Shown: one piece after another, positions 1 through 8,452 of the stretch | How positions within the stretch are numbered: the stretch's first letter is position 1 | How the letters are laid out: every line of letters starts with the position of its first letter | Assembly: GCA_012523875.1 (NCBI GenBank) | Contig: JAAYSW010000139.1 | Span: 1-35,904, forward strand | Direction of reading: 5' to 3' | DNA: 35,904 nucleotides | From: Clostridiales bacterium | Lineage (GTDB): Bacteria > Bacillota > Clostridia > Oscillospirales > Ruminococcaceae | Notes under the pieces: model-generated | The model's input: the letters and a program-made list of their open reading frames with translations, nothing else | Database searches by the model: none | What the model was told of the DNA's origin: nothing | Made by a program: the position numbers and the translations under genes

Positions 1-68
1 CAACCTACGAATGCAGTTGAAATAAGAGTAAGTGCAGCTACTAGAGCTAGTGTCTTTTTAATGCTCAT
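1..68 (-). CDS. 5' end of a gene for a secreted or membrane-anchored protein (only 22 codons in window)
   Basis: ATG at 68-66 lies 8 nt downstream of a strong SD (AAGGAGGA, reverse complement of 77-84). Translation MSIKKTLALVAALTLISTAFVG has a K-rich n-region followed by a hydrophobic h-region, as in a signal peptide. The gene runs off the window edge. Confidence 0.5.
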   Translation of the reverse strand, partial: MSIKKTLALVAALTLISTAFVG

Positions 69-93
69 TTATAATTTCCTCCTTAAATATATA

Positions 94-116
94 TATTATA
101 TTTTTAAAATATAATA
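94..116. repeat. Perfect 23-bp AT-only palindrome (11-bp arms, 1-nt centre) just upstream of the SD of the gene at 1-68
   Basis: TATTATATTTT-T-AAAATATAATA was read directly. The arms are exact reverse complements. Confidence 0.6.
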
Positions 117-127
117 ACATGTAACTT

Positions 128-198
128 AGCATTCCTGAGCCTTTCTCGCATAAATTAACAATTAATTGATAACAAAACGCAAAGAAATCTTGAATGCT
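128..198 (-). promoter_or_regulatory. Candidate structured 5' leader stem-loop of unknown class
   Basis: On the minus-strand RNA, AGCAUUC pairs with GAAUGCU (7 bp; 192-198 with 128-134). Inside it, UUUCUU pairs with GAGAAA, including one G-U that only works on the minus strand. The element also holds a 10-bp palindrome CAATTAATTG (159-168). It lies between the predicted promoter (210-238) and the SD. Confidence 0.3.
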
Positions 199-209
199 TT
201 CGTACCTTT

Positions 210-238
210 AATATACATTGACAACAGTTAAAAGTCAA
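210..238 (-). promoter_or_regulatory. Sigma-A-type promoter for the gene starting at 68
   Basis: The minus strand reads TTGACT, a 17-nt spacer, then TATATT. This implies a leader of about 135 nt. Confidence 0.45.
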
Positions 239-264
239 TGTTTTAAGTTAATCCTTAATAATTT

Positions 265-280
265 TTAGACATATTAGACA
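265..280. repeat. Tandem direct repeat TTAGACA-TA-TTAGACA upstream of the 210-238 promoter
   Basis: Two identical heptamers (265-271 and 274-280) were read directly. Function is unknown; an activator or repressor site is possible. Confidence 0.4.
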
Positions 281-486
281 ACCTTTTCGCTTACAGTTTG
301 TGCATTTTGATGTGTTTCTTCTATAGATAATTCTTAATGTTGACAAAACGGTAAAAATATATTCCTTTTGACTTACTTGAATATACTACTAAATAGACAT
401 ACCTTTTTAATATAAATTTAATAAAATTATATTCCTCCCTATTAAATTATATGCAGTTTTTTTGCATAGGGTATTCATTAATACAT

Positions 487-963
487 TTATTCAATAGTTA
501 TGTAATCAATTAATTCGCTTAAACGCTTTTCAGTCATCCCTTCTACATACAACAACTCATATGGATGGCTGAAGTATTGTATGGTGTCCCTTAGCTCTAA
601 AATCTTATGTGCCATATCTGAATCTATATTCGGTAAACTCATCAATTCCTCAGCTTTTGCTGTGTTTAAATTTACTATTTGTATAATACTAGCCTGCGTT
701 TGATTTTCAAAACTTTCCTTTTTAGCTATCGTTTCCTTTTTGCTTTCTGTCACCTCTTCTGTATTTAGGCTTATATCTTCAGTTTTTGAAACTTTAGTTT
801 CATAACTGGAAGTCTCAGTTATATTATCTGAATTTATTCCTACCAAGGTTTTATCACTTATAATTGGATCTTGATTGGGCTTATCAATCAAAATAAGCAT
901 TATGCCAATAGATGTTATTAATAAGCTAAACATTATAAAATAAACCATTTTTTTATTCTGCAT
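487..963 (-). CDS. comEA: ComEA-family helix-hairpin-helix DNA-binding membrane protein
   Basis: It has an N-terminal TM segment (VYFIMFSLLITSIGIMLILI) and a low-complexity S/T/E linker. The C-terminal region has tandem HhH motifs (VNLNTAKAEELMSLPNIDSDMAHKILELR...LLYVEGMTEKRLSELIDYI). ATG start with an AGGA SD. Confidence 0.7.
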   Translation of the reverse strand: MQNKKMVYFIMFSLLITSIGIMLILIDKPNQDPIISDKTLVGINSDNITETSSYETKVSKTEDISLNTEEVTESKKETIAKKESFENQTQASIIQIVNLNTAKAEELMSLPNIDSDMAHKILELRDTIQYFSHPYELLYVEGMTEKRLSELIDYITIE

Positions 964-1148
964 TTAAATCATCCTGCCTATTATTTTCTGATTCATTTTT
1001 ATATATATAATGTATAACGAAGTGCTATATTTCTAAAATTCATTTTTTTGTTTTATTATCTTGATTTAATTTACCTCTAATATTTAATCGACATGAAGTA
1101 ATAATACTAATGCGGCATCAAATTTAAAAATTAAAGGAGATTTTAATT

Positions 1149-1328
1149 ATGAAGGGTCAATTCACTGAAAAAGGTAGAGAAGCTCTTGAACGTTTTAAGA
1201 TGGAATCTGCAAACGAAGTTGGCGTAACATTAAAAGAAGGCTATAACGGTGACTTAACTGCAAGAGAAGCTGGTTCAATCGGTGGACAGATGGTTAAGAA
1301 AATGATTGACGCATACAAAATGCAATAG
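1149..1328 (+). CDS. Alpha/beta-type small acid-soluble spore protein (59 aa, absent from the ORF track)
   Basis: ATG follows SD AAAGGAGA (1133-1140). Translation is MKGQFTEKGREALERFKMESANEVGVTLKEGYNGDLTAREAGSIGGQMVKKMIDAYKMQ. It carries the SASP hallmarks K-x-E-x-A-x-E-x-GV and NG-x-LT-x-R-x-x-G-x-x-GG-x-MVK. A hairpin terminator follows. Confidence 0.85.
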   Translation: MKGQFTEKGREALERFKMESANEVGVTLKEGYNGDLTAREAGSIGGQMVKKMIDAYKMQ

Positions 1329-1368
1329 TTATAGTTAAAAATAGTTAATAAATTATTTTAATATAACT

Positions 1369-1399
1369 AACAGGAGAGTAGCTAGTCTATTCTCCTGTT
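1369..1399. terminator. Bidirectional hairpin between the convergent SASP and transketolase genes
   Basis: AACAGGAGA (1369-1377) pairs with TCTCCTGTT (1391-1399), giving a 9-bp perfect stem and 13-nt loop. Both flanks are A/T-rich. Confidence 0.6.
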
Positions 1400-1407
1400 A
1401 AATTTTA

Positions 1408-2355
1408 TTATTTATTCTTTATCGCTTCTTTTACCTTAGCAATAATATTATCCTTGCATAATCCAAACGCTTTTAATAAATCCATTCCAGGACCTGAATA
1501 TCCAAATTCATCATTAACGCCAATTTTTATAACTTTTATAGGGCAACACTCCGTTACTACTTCAGAAACAGCTGCACCTAATCCACCAATTACGCTATGC
1601 TCCTCAACGGTCACAATTGTTCCTGTTTCCATAGCAGCCTTGCAAATAATATCCTTATCTAAAGGCTTAATTGTATGGATATTAATTACTCTTGCATTTA
1701 TATTTTCCTTTTCTAGCTCCCTTGCTGCCCCCAAAGCCTCATTAACCATAAGACCTGTTGCCACAATAGTAATATCTTTGCCATCCTTCATTAAAATACC
1801 CTTGCCTATTTCAAATTTGTATTTTTCTTTATCATTAATTATAGGGGTTGCTAGTCGCCCAAATCTTAAATAAACAGGACCGTCATATAAAATTGATGCC
1901 TCAACAGCTGCTTTTGCTTCTATATCATCAGATGGCACAATTACGGTCATGCCTGGAATAGTCCTCATTAACGCTATATCCTCATTGCACTGATGAGTAG
2001 CACCGTCTTCTCCAACTGATACACCAGCATGAGTAGCTCCAATCTTTACATTTAAGTGGGGATATCCTATTGAATTCCTTACAATTTCAAATGCTCTACC
2101 TGCTGCAAACATAGCAAAAGTGCTTGCGAAAGGAATTTTCCCTGTCGATGCAAGTCCTGCTGCAATACCCATCATATTTGCTTCTGCAATACCACAATTA
2201 AAAAACCTTTCTGGATAAGCTGATCTAAAAATTCCTGTTTTTGTAGCGGCAGCTAAATCAGCATCTAATACAACAAGATTTTCATGCTTCTCAGCTAATT
2301 CTGTTAATGCCTCTCCATAGCTTTCCCTAGTAGCCTTCCTTATAATCTCACCCAT
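1408..2355 (-). CDS. tkt: Transketolase, C-terminal (pyrimidine-binding plus C-terminal domain) subunit
   Basis: 315 aa with typical motifs (FFNCGIAEANMMGIAAGLA, GATHAG..GEDGATHQ). SD GGAGGG lies 6 nt before the ATG. The gene begins immediately after the N-terminal subunit gene. Confidence 0.93.
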   Translation of the reverse strand: MGEIIRKATRESYGEALTELAEKHENLVVLDADLAAATKTGIFRSAYPERFFNCGIAEANMMGIAAGLASTGKIPFASTFAMFAAGRAFEIVRNSIGYPHLNVKIGATHAGVSVGEDGATHQCNEDIALMRTIPGMTVIVPSDDIEAKAAVEASILYDGPVYLRFGRLATPIINDKEKYKFEIGKGILMKDGKDITIVATGLMVNEALGAARELEKENINARVINIHTIKPLDKDIICKAAMETGTIVTVEEHSVIGGLGAAVSEVVTECCPIKVIKIGVNDEFGYSGPGMDLLKAFGLCKDNIIAKVKEAIKNK

Positions 2356-2357
2356 TT

Positions 2358-3200
2358 CTATCCCTCCAGATCTTTCAACTGTTCGTTAAGTTCCATTATC
2401 GCCTGTTTATATTGTTCTTCATTTGGTGCTTGACCATGCCAAGAAACTTCATTTTCCATAAAGGATACACCCTTACCTTTAATACTTTTTTGTATGATTG
2501 CAACAGGCTTCCCGCTAATTTTTTCTGCTTCACTGAAAGCTCTTTCTATATCGTCAAAATCATGTGCATCCATCAAAATAGTATGCCAACCAAATGATTT
2601 AAACTTATCAGTTATAGGTTCAGGCGAGCAAATTTCTGTAACCCTACCATCAATCTGCAAACCATTATTATCAATTATAGCTATTAAATTATCCAACTTA
2701 TAGTGGGATGCAAACATTGCTGCTTCCCAAACTTGCCCTTCTTGCAGTTCTCCATCACCCAAAATTGCATATACCTTATAATCATCATTGGATACCCTTC
2801 CAGACAATGCCATGCCACAAGCTGCCGAGATTCCCTGCCCCAGTGAGCCAGTTGTCATATCTACTCCTGGAGTACCTTTCATGTCAGGATGCCCTTGTAA
2901 CATTGCTCCTATATGCCTCAACTTTTTTAGTTCATCCTCATCAAAAAAACCCTTCTGTGCTAATACAGAATAAAGTGCGGGGGCACAATGTCCCTTTGAG
3001 AGTACCAATCTATCCCTTTCATGCATTTTAGGATTTTTCACATTAATATTCATCTTAGCAAAATATAAATAAGTCAGCAAATCTGAAATTGATAAAGAAC
3101 CACCAGGATGTCCTGATTTAGCATTATATGTCGATTCAATTACACCTATTCTCACCTTGCAAGCAATTATTTGAAGTTGCTTTTTTATCATTTGATCCAT
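2358..3200 (-). CDS. tkt: Transketolase, N-terminal (thiamine-diphosphate-binding) subunit
   Basis: Motifs SGHPGGSLS, GSLGQG and GDGELQEG..WEA are present. I prefer the ATG at 3200, which has GGAGGG 6 nt upstream, over the track's GTG at 3206. Confidence 0.92.
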   Translation of the reverse strand: MDQMIKKQLQIIACKVRIGVIESTYNAKSGHPGGSLSISDLLTYLYFAKMNINVKNPKMHERDRLVLSKGHCAPALYSVLAQKGFFDEDELKKLRHIGAMLQGHPDMKGTPGVDMTTGSLGQGISAACGMALSGRVSNDDYKVYAILGDGELQEGQVWEAAMFASHYKLDNLIAIIDNNGLQIDGRVTEICSPEPITDKFKSFGWHTILMDAHDFDDIERAFSEAEKISGKPVAIIQKSIKGKGVSFMENEVSWHGQAPNEEQYKQAIMELNEQLKDLEG

Positions 3201-3241
3201 TTTCACCCTCCAAGTTTAGCAATAAGTCTAAGTTTATTTTT

Positions 3242-3270
3242 ATTATAGCATTTAACTCTATATAATTCAA
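3242..3270 (-). promoter_or_regulatory. Sigma-A-type promoter for the split tkt operon
   Basis: The minus strand reads TTGAAT, a 17-nt spacer, then TATAAT preceded by TGc (extended -10). It abuts the stop codon of the upstream HAD gene. Confidence 0.5.
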
Positions 3271-4092
3271 CTAAGTTGATAAAAGTTTACCTATTAATTC
3301 TGCAATTGCACCCTCATTATTTGTTTTACTCAAAACCAAATCAGCTACTTTCTTAACTTCGGTCTGTGCATTTGCTGTTGCAACCCCTAAATCTGCAGCA
3401 TCAATCATTTCTATATCGTTATGATAATCACCCACTGCTATAATTTTGTAGTTTTCTAAATCCATCAGCCTGCTATACTCTTTTAATGCATTACCTTTTG
3501 AACTACCTTTTGGAAGCACCTCGTAAAAGATATTAGCAGATTTAACAAAATCAACTTCATTATACCCCTTAAATTCTATAAACTTCACCAATTTAGGCAT
3601 GATATCAGGTTCCATTGCAAATAGAACCTTTAGCCATCCACCATCAGGTATTTCATCTAATTTAGCATAAATAGGATTTACCTTACATAATTTAATGTGC
3701 CTGTCCTCAACTTCATTGTTTTGGGGTATGTAAATGCTTTCTAAAGTGAGAATTTCACAAGCTACTTCTGGTATTTCTTTTAGAACTTCACATACAATAT
3801 CCCTTGTGCTTAATGGTAATTCTTTTTCAAACAAAGATTTCTCTTGCTGTAAATCATAAATAATTGCTCCATTATATAGTATAAACGGCATATCCAATTC
3901 CAGTTCATCAAAATAGCATTGTACTGATTGTAGGGTCCTACCCGTTGCAATTGTAAAATTTCCACCTAATTTTCTATATTCCCTTATAGCTTCTAAATCT
4001 ATTTCTGAAAGCGTTTTGTCACTCGGCAATAATGTTCCATCTAAATCCGTAATAAGTAATGTTTTTGATACATCATTAAAAAATTTCCTCAA
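3271..4092 (-). CDS. Cof-type HAD-IIB family hydrolase (sugar or phospho-metabolite phosphatase)
   Basis: It has the N-terminal DLDGTLL motif, ATGR, and C-terminal GDYHNDIEM. The TTG start overlaps the rluD stop (TTGA), with GGAGAG 7 nt upstream. Confidence 0.85.
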   Translation of the reverse strand: MRKFFNDVSKTLLITDLDGTLLPSDKTLSEIDLEAIREYRKLGGNFTIATGRTLQSVQCYFDELELDMPFILYNGAIIYDLQQEKSLFEKELPLSTRDIVCEVLKEIPEVACEILTLESIYIPQNNEVEDRHIKLCKVNPIYAKLDEIPDGGWLKVLFAMEPDIMPKLVKFIEFKGYNEVDFVKSANIFYEVLPKGSSKGNALKEYSRLMDLENYKIIAVGDYHNDIEMIDAADLGVATANAQTEVKKVADLVLSKTNNEGAIAELIGKLLST

Positions 4093-4997
4093 TTACTAAC
4101 TCTCCTTATCATTTCAATAAAGTAATCAGGTAATGAACTCTCAAAATTCATATATTTCTTTGTAGTTGGATGGATAAAACCTATTCTTTTTGCATGAAGG
4201 CACTGTCCATCAATGCCTTTAAATGCCTTACCATAAATATCATCTCCTAAAATATAATGACCAATATGAGCCATATGAACTCTTATCTGATGTGTTCTTC
4301 CAGTTTCCAACTTAATTCTAAGATGTGTATATTTCTGATAATCAGCAAGCACTTCATAATGTGTAATCGCAGTTTTAGAATTTTTCTCTGTTACACACAT
4401 CTTCTTTCTATTAAACTGGCTCCTACCAATCGGCAAATCTATCGTGCCACTTTTATCTTTAAAACGCCCCCATGTTATCGCTTCGTATTCCCTAGTGAAA
4501 CTGTGGGATTTAATCTGCTCAGCTAAATATATATGCGCTTCATCGTTTTTTGCCACAATCAAAAGCCCACTCGTATTTTTATCAATTCTATGCACAATTC
4601 CCTGACGTATATCTCCATTAATAGTGGATAGGTTGCCTTCATACCTATATAATAAGGCATTAACCAATGTTCCAGTGTAATTTCCATTGGCAGGATGCAC
4701 AACCATCCCTTTAGGCTTGTTGACAATTATTAAATCTTCATCTTCATACACAACCTCAATAGGAATATTCTCCGCAATTACATCTAAACTCTTAGGTTTA
4801 GGGATCGATATCTTAATAATATCACCACTTTTTTGCTTATAATTTTTAGTGATATTTTTATCATTCACTAAAACCCCACCATTTTCAATAAGCTTTTGTA
4901 AAGCAGTTCTTGTCAAGCCTAAATCCTGTCCAGAAAGAAATTTATCTAAACGCAAACCTTCAAATTCCTCCTCAACAATAATGGTAATATTACTCAT
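4089..4997 (-). CDS. rluD: 23S rRNA pseudouridine synthase, RluA/RluD family, with N-terminal S4 domain
   Basis: The catalytic motif HRIDKNTSGLL and the downstream GRTHQIRVH are present, along with an S4-like N-terminus. The gene overlaps the lspA stop by 8 nt. Confidence 0.9.
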   Translation of the reverse strand: MSNITIIVEEEFEGLRLDKFLSGQDLGLTRTALQKLIENGGVLVNDKNITKNYKQKSGDIIKISIPKPKSLDVIAENIPIEVVYEDEDLIIVNKPKGMVVHPANGNYTGTLVNALLYRYEGNLSTINGDIRQGIVHRIDKNTSGLLIVAKNDEAHIYLAEQIKSHSFTREYEAITWGRFKDKSGTIDLPIGRSQFNRKKMCVTEKNSKTAITHYEVLADYQKYTHLRIKLETGRTHQIRVHMAHIGHYILGDDIYGKAFKGIDGQCLHAKRIGFIHPTTKKYMNFESSLPDYFIEMIRRVSN

Positions 4998-5511
4998 CGC
5001 TTACCTCAACTTTTTCACTCCCCAGAACCGATTCCTCCTTAGCTTTGCCTTTATCAAAAAAAACAATATAAACTGCAAGCATTATTGCACCAATTGTAAC
5101 ACAGCAATCCGCAAAGTTAAATATTGCAAAATTAAATAATCTAATTTCTATATAGTCAACCACAATTCCACCACGAAAAACCCTATCAATCAAGTTCCCC
5201 ATACCACCACTAATTACAAGTGTAAGGCTAAGGATTAATGCCTTAGGCATCTTTTTATAATTCATAATAAGAAAGAATATGCATGCAGAAATAAGTATAA
5301 TTACGGATATAATTAACAGCCATCTCATACCGCTAAAGCTTCCAAATAACGCTCCATCATTCTCTAAATATCTTAGATTTATTATCTCTTTATTCCCTAT
5401 TTTTATAAATTGCTTTGACCCTTGTCCAACTAGATTTTCTACTGCCCAAACTTTAATTATTTGATCAATTCCAATTAGAAAACATGTTGAAGCTAAAATA
5501 ATGATTAACAA
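4990..5511 (-). CDS. lspA: Lipoprotein signal peptidase II
   Basis: 173 aa, polytopic, with NxGAxFG-like NDGALFG and FNFADCCVTIG motifs. The TTG start follows GGGGGGA. This is the conserved lspA-rluD pairing. Confidence 0.9.
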   Translation of the reverse strand: MLIIILASTCFLIGIDQIIKVWAVENLVGQGSKQFIKIGNKEIINLRYLENDGALFGSFSGMRWLLIISVIILISACIFFLIMNYKKMPKALILSLTLVISGGMGNLIDRVFRGGIVVDYIEIRLFNFAIFNFADCCVTIGAIMLAVYIVFFDKGKAKEESVLGSEKVEVSDE

Positions 5512-5531
5512 AATATCCCCCCATTCAAATT

Positions 5532-5560
5532 AATCAAAAAGGGGTTCAAAATTGAACCCC
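5532..5560 (-). terminator. Rho-independent terminator after ileS
   Basis: GGGGTTC (5541-5547) pairs with GAACCCC (5554-5560) around a 6-nt loop. On the minus strand it is followed by TTTTTGATT. Confidence 0.7.
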
Positions 5561-5588
5561 TATCTTTTAATGTATAAGTTTCACCTAT

Positions 5589-8393
5589 TTAATCAATAAC
5601 CGATGCACATCTACTACATAGTGTTGGGTGCTTTTCGTTCTTTCCGACTTCTTCAGTGTAAATCCAGCAGCGTTCGCATTTCTCTCCGTCTGCTTTTACC
5701 GCATTGAAACTTATTCCATCAGTTTCAAATAAATCACCTTTATATTCCCCAGAATCACCATTAATCACTGTAACCTGTGAAACTATGATAATTCTAGCGA
5801 GTTCATCAGATACAGCCATAACTTCTTTATATTTCTCGTCAGTGCTGCATATTATTTCTAGCCTTGCTTCAAGTGATGCCCCAATTACTTTATCAATACG
5901 TTTAATTTCGAGTGCTTTTTTTGCGTCCTCACGCAGTGCTGATATTAAGGTCCATTTGTTTTTAAACTCATCTGATAATATAAGAGCTGATTTACTTGGC
6001 ATTTCATTAAGTGATATACTTGTTGTATCCTCACCCTCAGCATGAGGAATATATGACCATATTTCTTCAGCTGTAAAAGGGATAATTGGTGACATTAATT
6101 TAGATATAGCACTTAAAATCTTGTGAATTGTTGTCTGTGCAGAACGTCTTTGAACAGAATCCTCTCTCTCACAATACAGCCTATCTTTGATAATATCCAA
6201 ATAAAAATTAGACATATCAGTAACACAAAAACTGTAAATGCTATGAAAAACAATGTGAAAGTCAAAATTATTATAGCCTCTATTAACTCTATCTATCAAG
6301 CTATCAAGGCGCATTAAAGCCCATTTATCAATTTCAAGCAACTCTTCATTCTTTACATAATCAGTGCTTGGGCTAAAACCTGAGCCATTTGAAATATTGC
6401 CTAAAATAAACCTTGCAGTATTTCTAATCTTTTTATATGCATCAGTGAGTTGTTTCAATATTTCCGGAGAAATTCTTATATCTGAGTGATAATCGGAAGA
6501 CGCAACCCAAAGCCTTAAAATATCTGCACCATATTGCTTTATAATTTCCTCAGGAGCAATTCCATTTCCTAAGGATTTAGCCATCTTTTTGCCTTCACCA
6601 TCAACAACCCAACCATGTGTACAAACAGCCTTATATGGAGCTTTCCCCTTCCAAACAACAGATGTAAGAAGTGATGATTGGAACCAACCTCTATACTGGT
6701 CTGCACCCTCAAGATATAAATCAGCAGGCCAACGTAAATTGTCACGCTCTTCCAAAACTGCCGCATGGGAAACACCACTGTCGAACCAAACGTCCATAAT
6801 ATCAGTTTCTTTTGTAAATTCTGTACAACCGCATTCACATTTTACACCTTCAGGAATAAATTCCTTAATATCTCTTGTGTACCATGCATCAGCACCTTCC
6901 GCCCTAAATAAATCAGAAATTGCCTTTATTGTCACATCATTAACTATCGGTTTGTTGCAATCCACACAATAAATTATCGGGATGGGAACACCCCATGTTC
7001 GTTGTCTAGAAATACACCAATCGCTTCTATCACGAACCATTCCCTTAATTCTATCTTCACCCCATGATGGTATCCATCTTACATTCTCGATAGCATCTAT
7101 TGCCTCATCCTTAAAGCCATCTATAGAACAGAACCACTGCTCAGTTGCCCTAAAAATAATAGGATTATTACACCTCCAGCAATGTGGATACTGGTGAACT
7201 ATCTTTTCTATTGCGAGTAAGCTTTTTTCCTCCTCAAGTCGGCTTGCAATAACTTTATTCGCTGATTCCGTTGATAATCCACTAAACTCGCCCGCCTCAT
7301 CAGTAAGATTTCCCTTAGAATCAACTGGCACGATTATCCCAATGTCAGGATATTTCTTACAAACCTCAAAATCCTCTACACCATGTCCAGGAGCAGTGTG
7401 AACACAACCCGTTCCACTTTCAAGTGTAACATGGTCACCAATAATTATTGGTGAATTTCTATCGTAAAGAGGGTGCTTTGTTTGAATGTTTTCTAACTCC
7501 TTGCCATCAAATAGACCCAATGTTTCATATTTTTCAATATTAGCGGATTTCATAGTTGCTTCAACAAGATCAACTGCCATTACATAATACTCACCGTTTG
7601 CCTTAACTAATGTGTATTTGTACTCAGGCCCCAAGCAAATAGCAAGATTCCCAGGTATTGTCCATGTTGTTGTTGTCCAAATTACAAAATAAACATCCTT
7701 TAAATTAACCCCTAGAGGTGTAAATAATCCCTTATCATCAATTACATTGAACTTCGCAAATATCGAATAACAGGGGTCATTTGCATATTCAATTTCAGCC
7801 TCCGCTAATGCAGTATTACAATCTGGACACCAGTATACAGGTTTAAGCCCCTTATACATATATCCATCATTAGCCATCTTACCAAAGACCTCAACCTGCT
7901 TAGCCTCAAACTCAGGCTTTAGTGTTAAATAAGGATTTTCATAATCCCCCCAACAGCCCAAACGCTTAAATTGTGACATTTGGTTATTAACATGGGTCAT
8001 TGCAAAATCTTGACAATGCTTACGCAATTCTACAGGCGAAATTGCTCCTTCTTTCGCACCAATTGCCTGCAAAGCCTTTAACTCAATTGGCAGACCATGC
8101 GTATCCCAACCTGGAACATAAGGCGCACAAAATCCAGACATATTCTTGTATCTAATAATTATGTCCTTCAGTGTTTTATTCAAGGCAGTACCTAAATGAA
8201 TTTCGCCATTAGCATATGGAGGTCCATCGTGTAAAACATATAAGGGCTTGCTTTTATTATTCTCCACCATTTTATAATATATTCTATTTTCTTCCCAACT
8301 CAACAGTGTATCAGGCTCTCTTTTTGGTAAGTTACCTCTCATTGGAAATTTTGTGGATGGTAAACATAGGGTTTTATTGTAATCCTGTGACAT
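5589..8393 (-). CDS. ileS: Isoleucine--tRNA ligase (type 1, with C-terminal zinc-finger)
   Basis: HIGH-type motif PYANGEIHLGT, KMSKS-type KMAKS, and C-terminal CERCW...CSRC are present. The start is set at ATG 8393, which has AAAGGAAG 6 nt upstream. The track's ATG at 8411 has no SD. Confidence 0.95.
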   Translation of the reverse strand: MSQDYNKTLCLPSTKFPMRGNLPKREPDTLLSWEENRIYYKMVENNKSKPLYVLHDGPPYANGEIHLGTALNKTLKDIIIRYKNMSGFCAPYVPGWDTHGLPIELKALQAIGAKEGAISPVELRKHCQDFAMTHVNNQMSQFKRLGCWGDYENPYLTLKPEFEAKQVEVFGKMANDGYMYKGLKPVYWCPDCNTALAEAEIEYANDPCYSIFAKFNVIDDKGLFTPLGVNLKDVYFVIWTTTTWTIPGNLAICLGPEYKYTLVKANGEYYVMAVDLVEATMKSANIEKYETLGLFDGKELENIQTKHPLYDRNSPIIIGDHVTLESGTGCVHTAPGHGVEDFEVCKKYPDIGIIVPVDSKGNLTDEAGEFSGLSTESANKVIASRLEEEKSLLAIEKIVHQYPHCWRCNNPIIFRATEQWFCSIDGFKDEAIDAIENVRWIPSWGEDRIKGMVRDRSDWCISRQRTWGVPIPIIYCVDCNKPIVNDVTIKAISDLFRAEGADAWYTRDIKEFIPEGVKCECGCTEFTKETDIMDVWFDSGVSHAAVLEERDNLRWPADLYLEGADQYRGWFQSSLLTSVVWKGKAPYKAVCTHGWVVDGEGKKMAKSLGNGIAPEEIIKQYGADILRLWVASSDYHSDIRISPEILKQLTDAYKKIRNTARFILGNISNGSGFSPSTDYVKNEELLEIDKWALMRLDSLIDRVNRGYNNFDFHIVFHSIYSFCVTDMSNFYLDIIKDRLYCEREDSVQRRSAQTTIHKILSAISKLMSPIIPFTAEEIWSYIPHAEGEDTTSISLNEMPSKSALILSDEFKNKWTLISALREDAKKALEIKRIDKVIGASLEARLEIICSTDEKYKEVMAVSDELARIIIVSQVTVINGDSGEYKGDLFETDGISFNAVKADGEKCERCWIYTEEVGKNEKHPTLCSRCASVID

Positions 8394-8429
8394 TATATAC
8401 TTCCTTTGCATTAATTTATATCTTACATA

Positions 8430-8452
8430 AATGCTTATATGTACTAAGCATT
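8430..8452 (-). promoter_or_regulatory. Hairpin between divIVA and ileS (weak terminator, attenuator or processing element)
   Basis: AATGCTTA pairs with TAAGCATT (8-bp perfect stem, 7-nt loop) and overlaps the divIVA stop codon. No clean U-tract follows on the minus strand. Confidence 0.35.

Noticed and set aside
340-363. Plus-strand TTGACA followed by TATATT, which looks like a promoter
   Set aside because: The spacer is only 12 nt, and there is no plus-strand gene downstream, only the antisense of comEA.
1078-1109. Sigma-G/sigma-F-like promoter for the SASP gene (AATACTA or AATAATA as the -10, TAATA as the -35)
   Set aside because: The spacing does not fit the 17-18 nt consensus for the better -10, and matches of this quality are expected by chance in this AT-rich gap.
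8394-8450. Expected T-box riboswitch in front of ileS
   Set aside because: The gap is only 57 nt and has no T-box or specifier features. I report the absence as a finding, not a feature.
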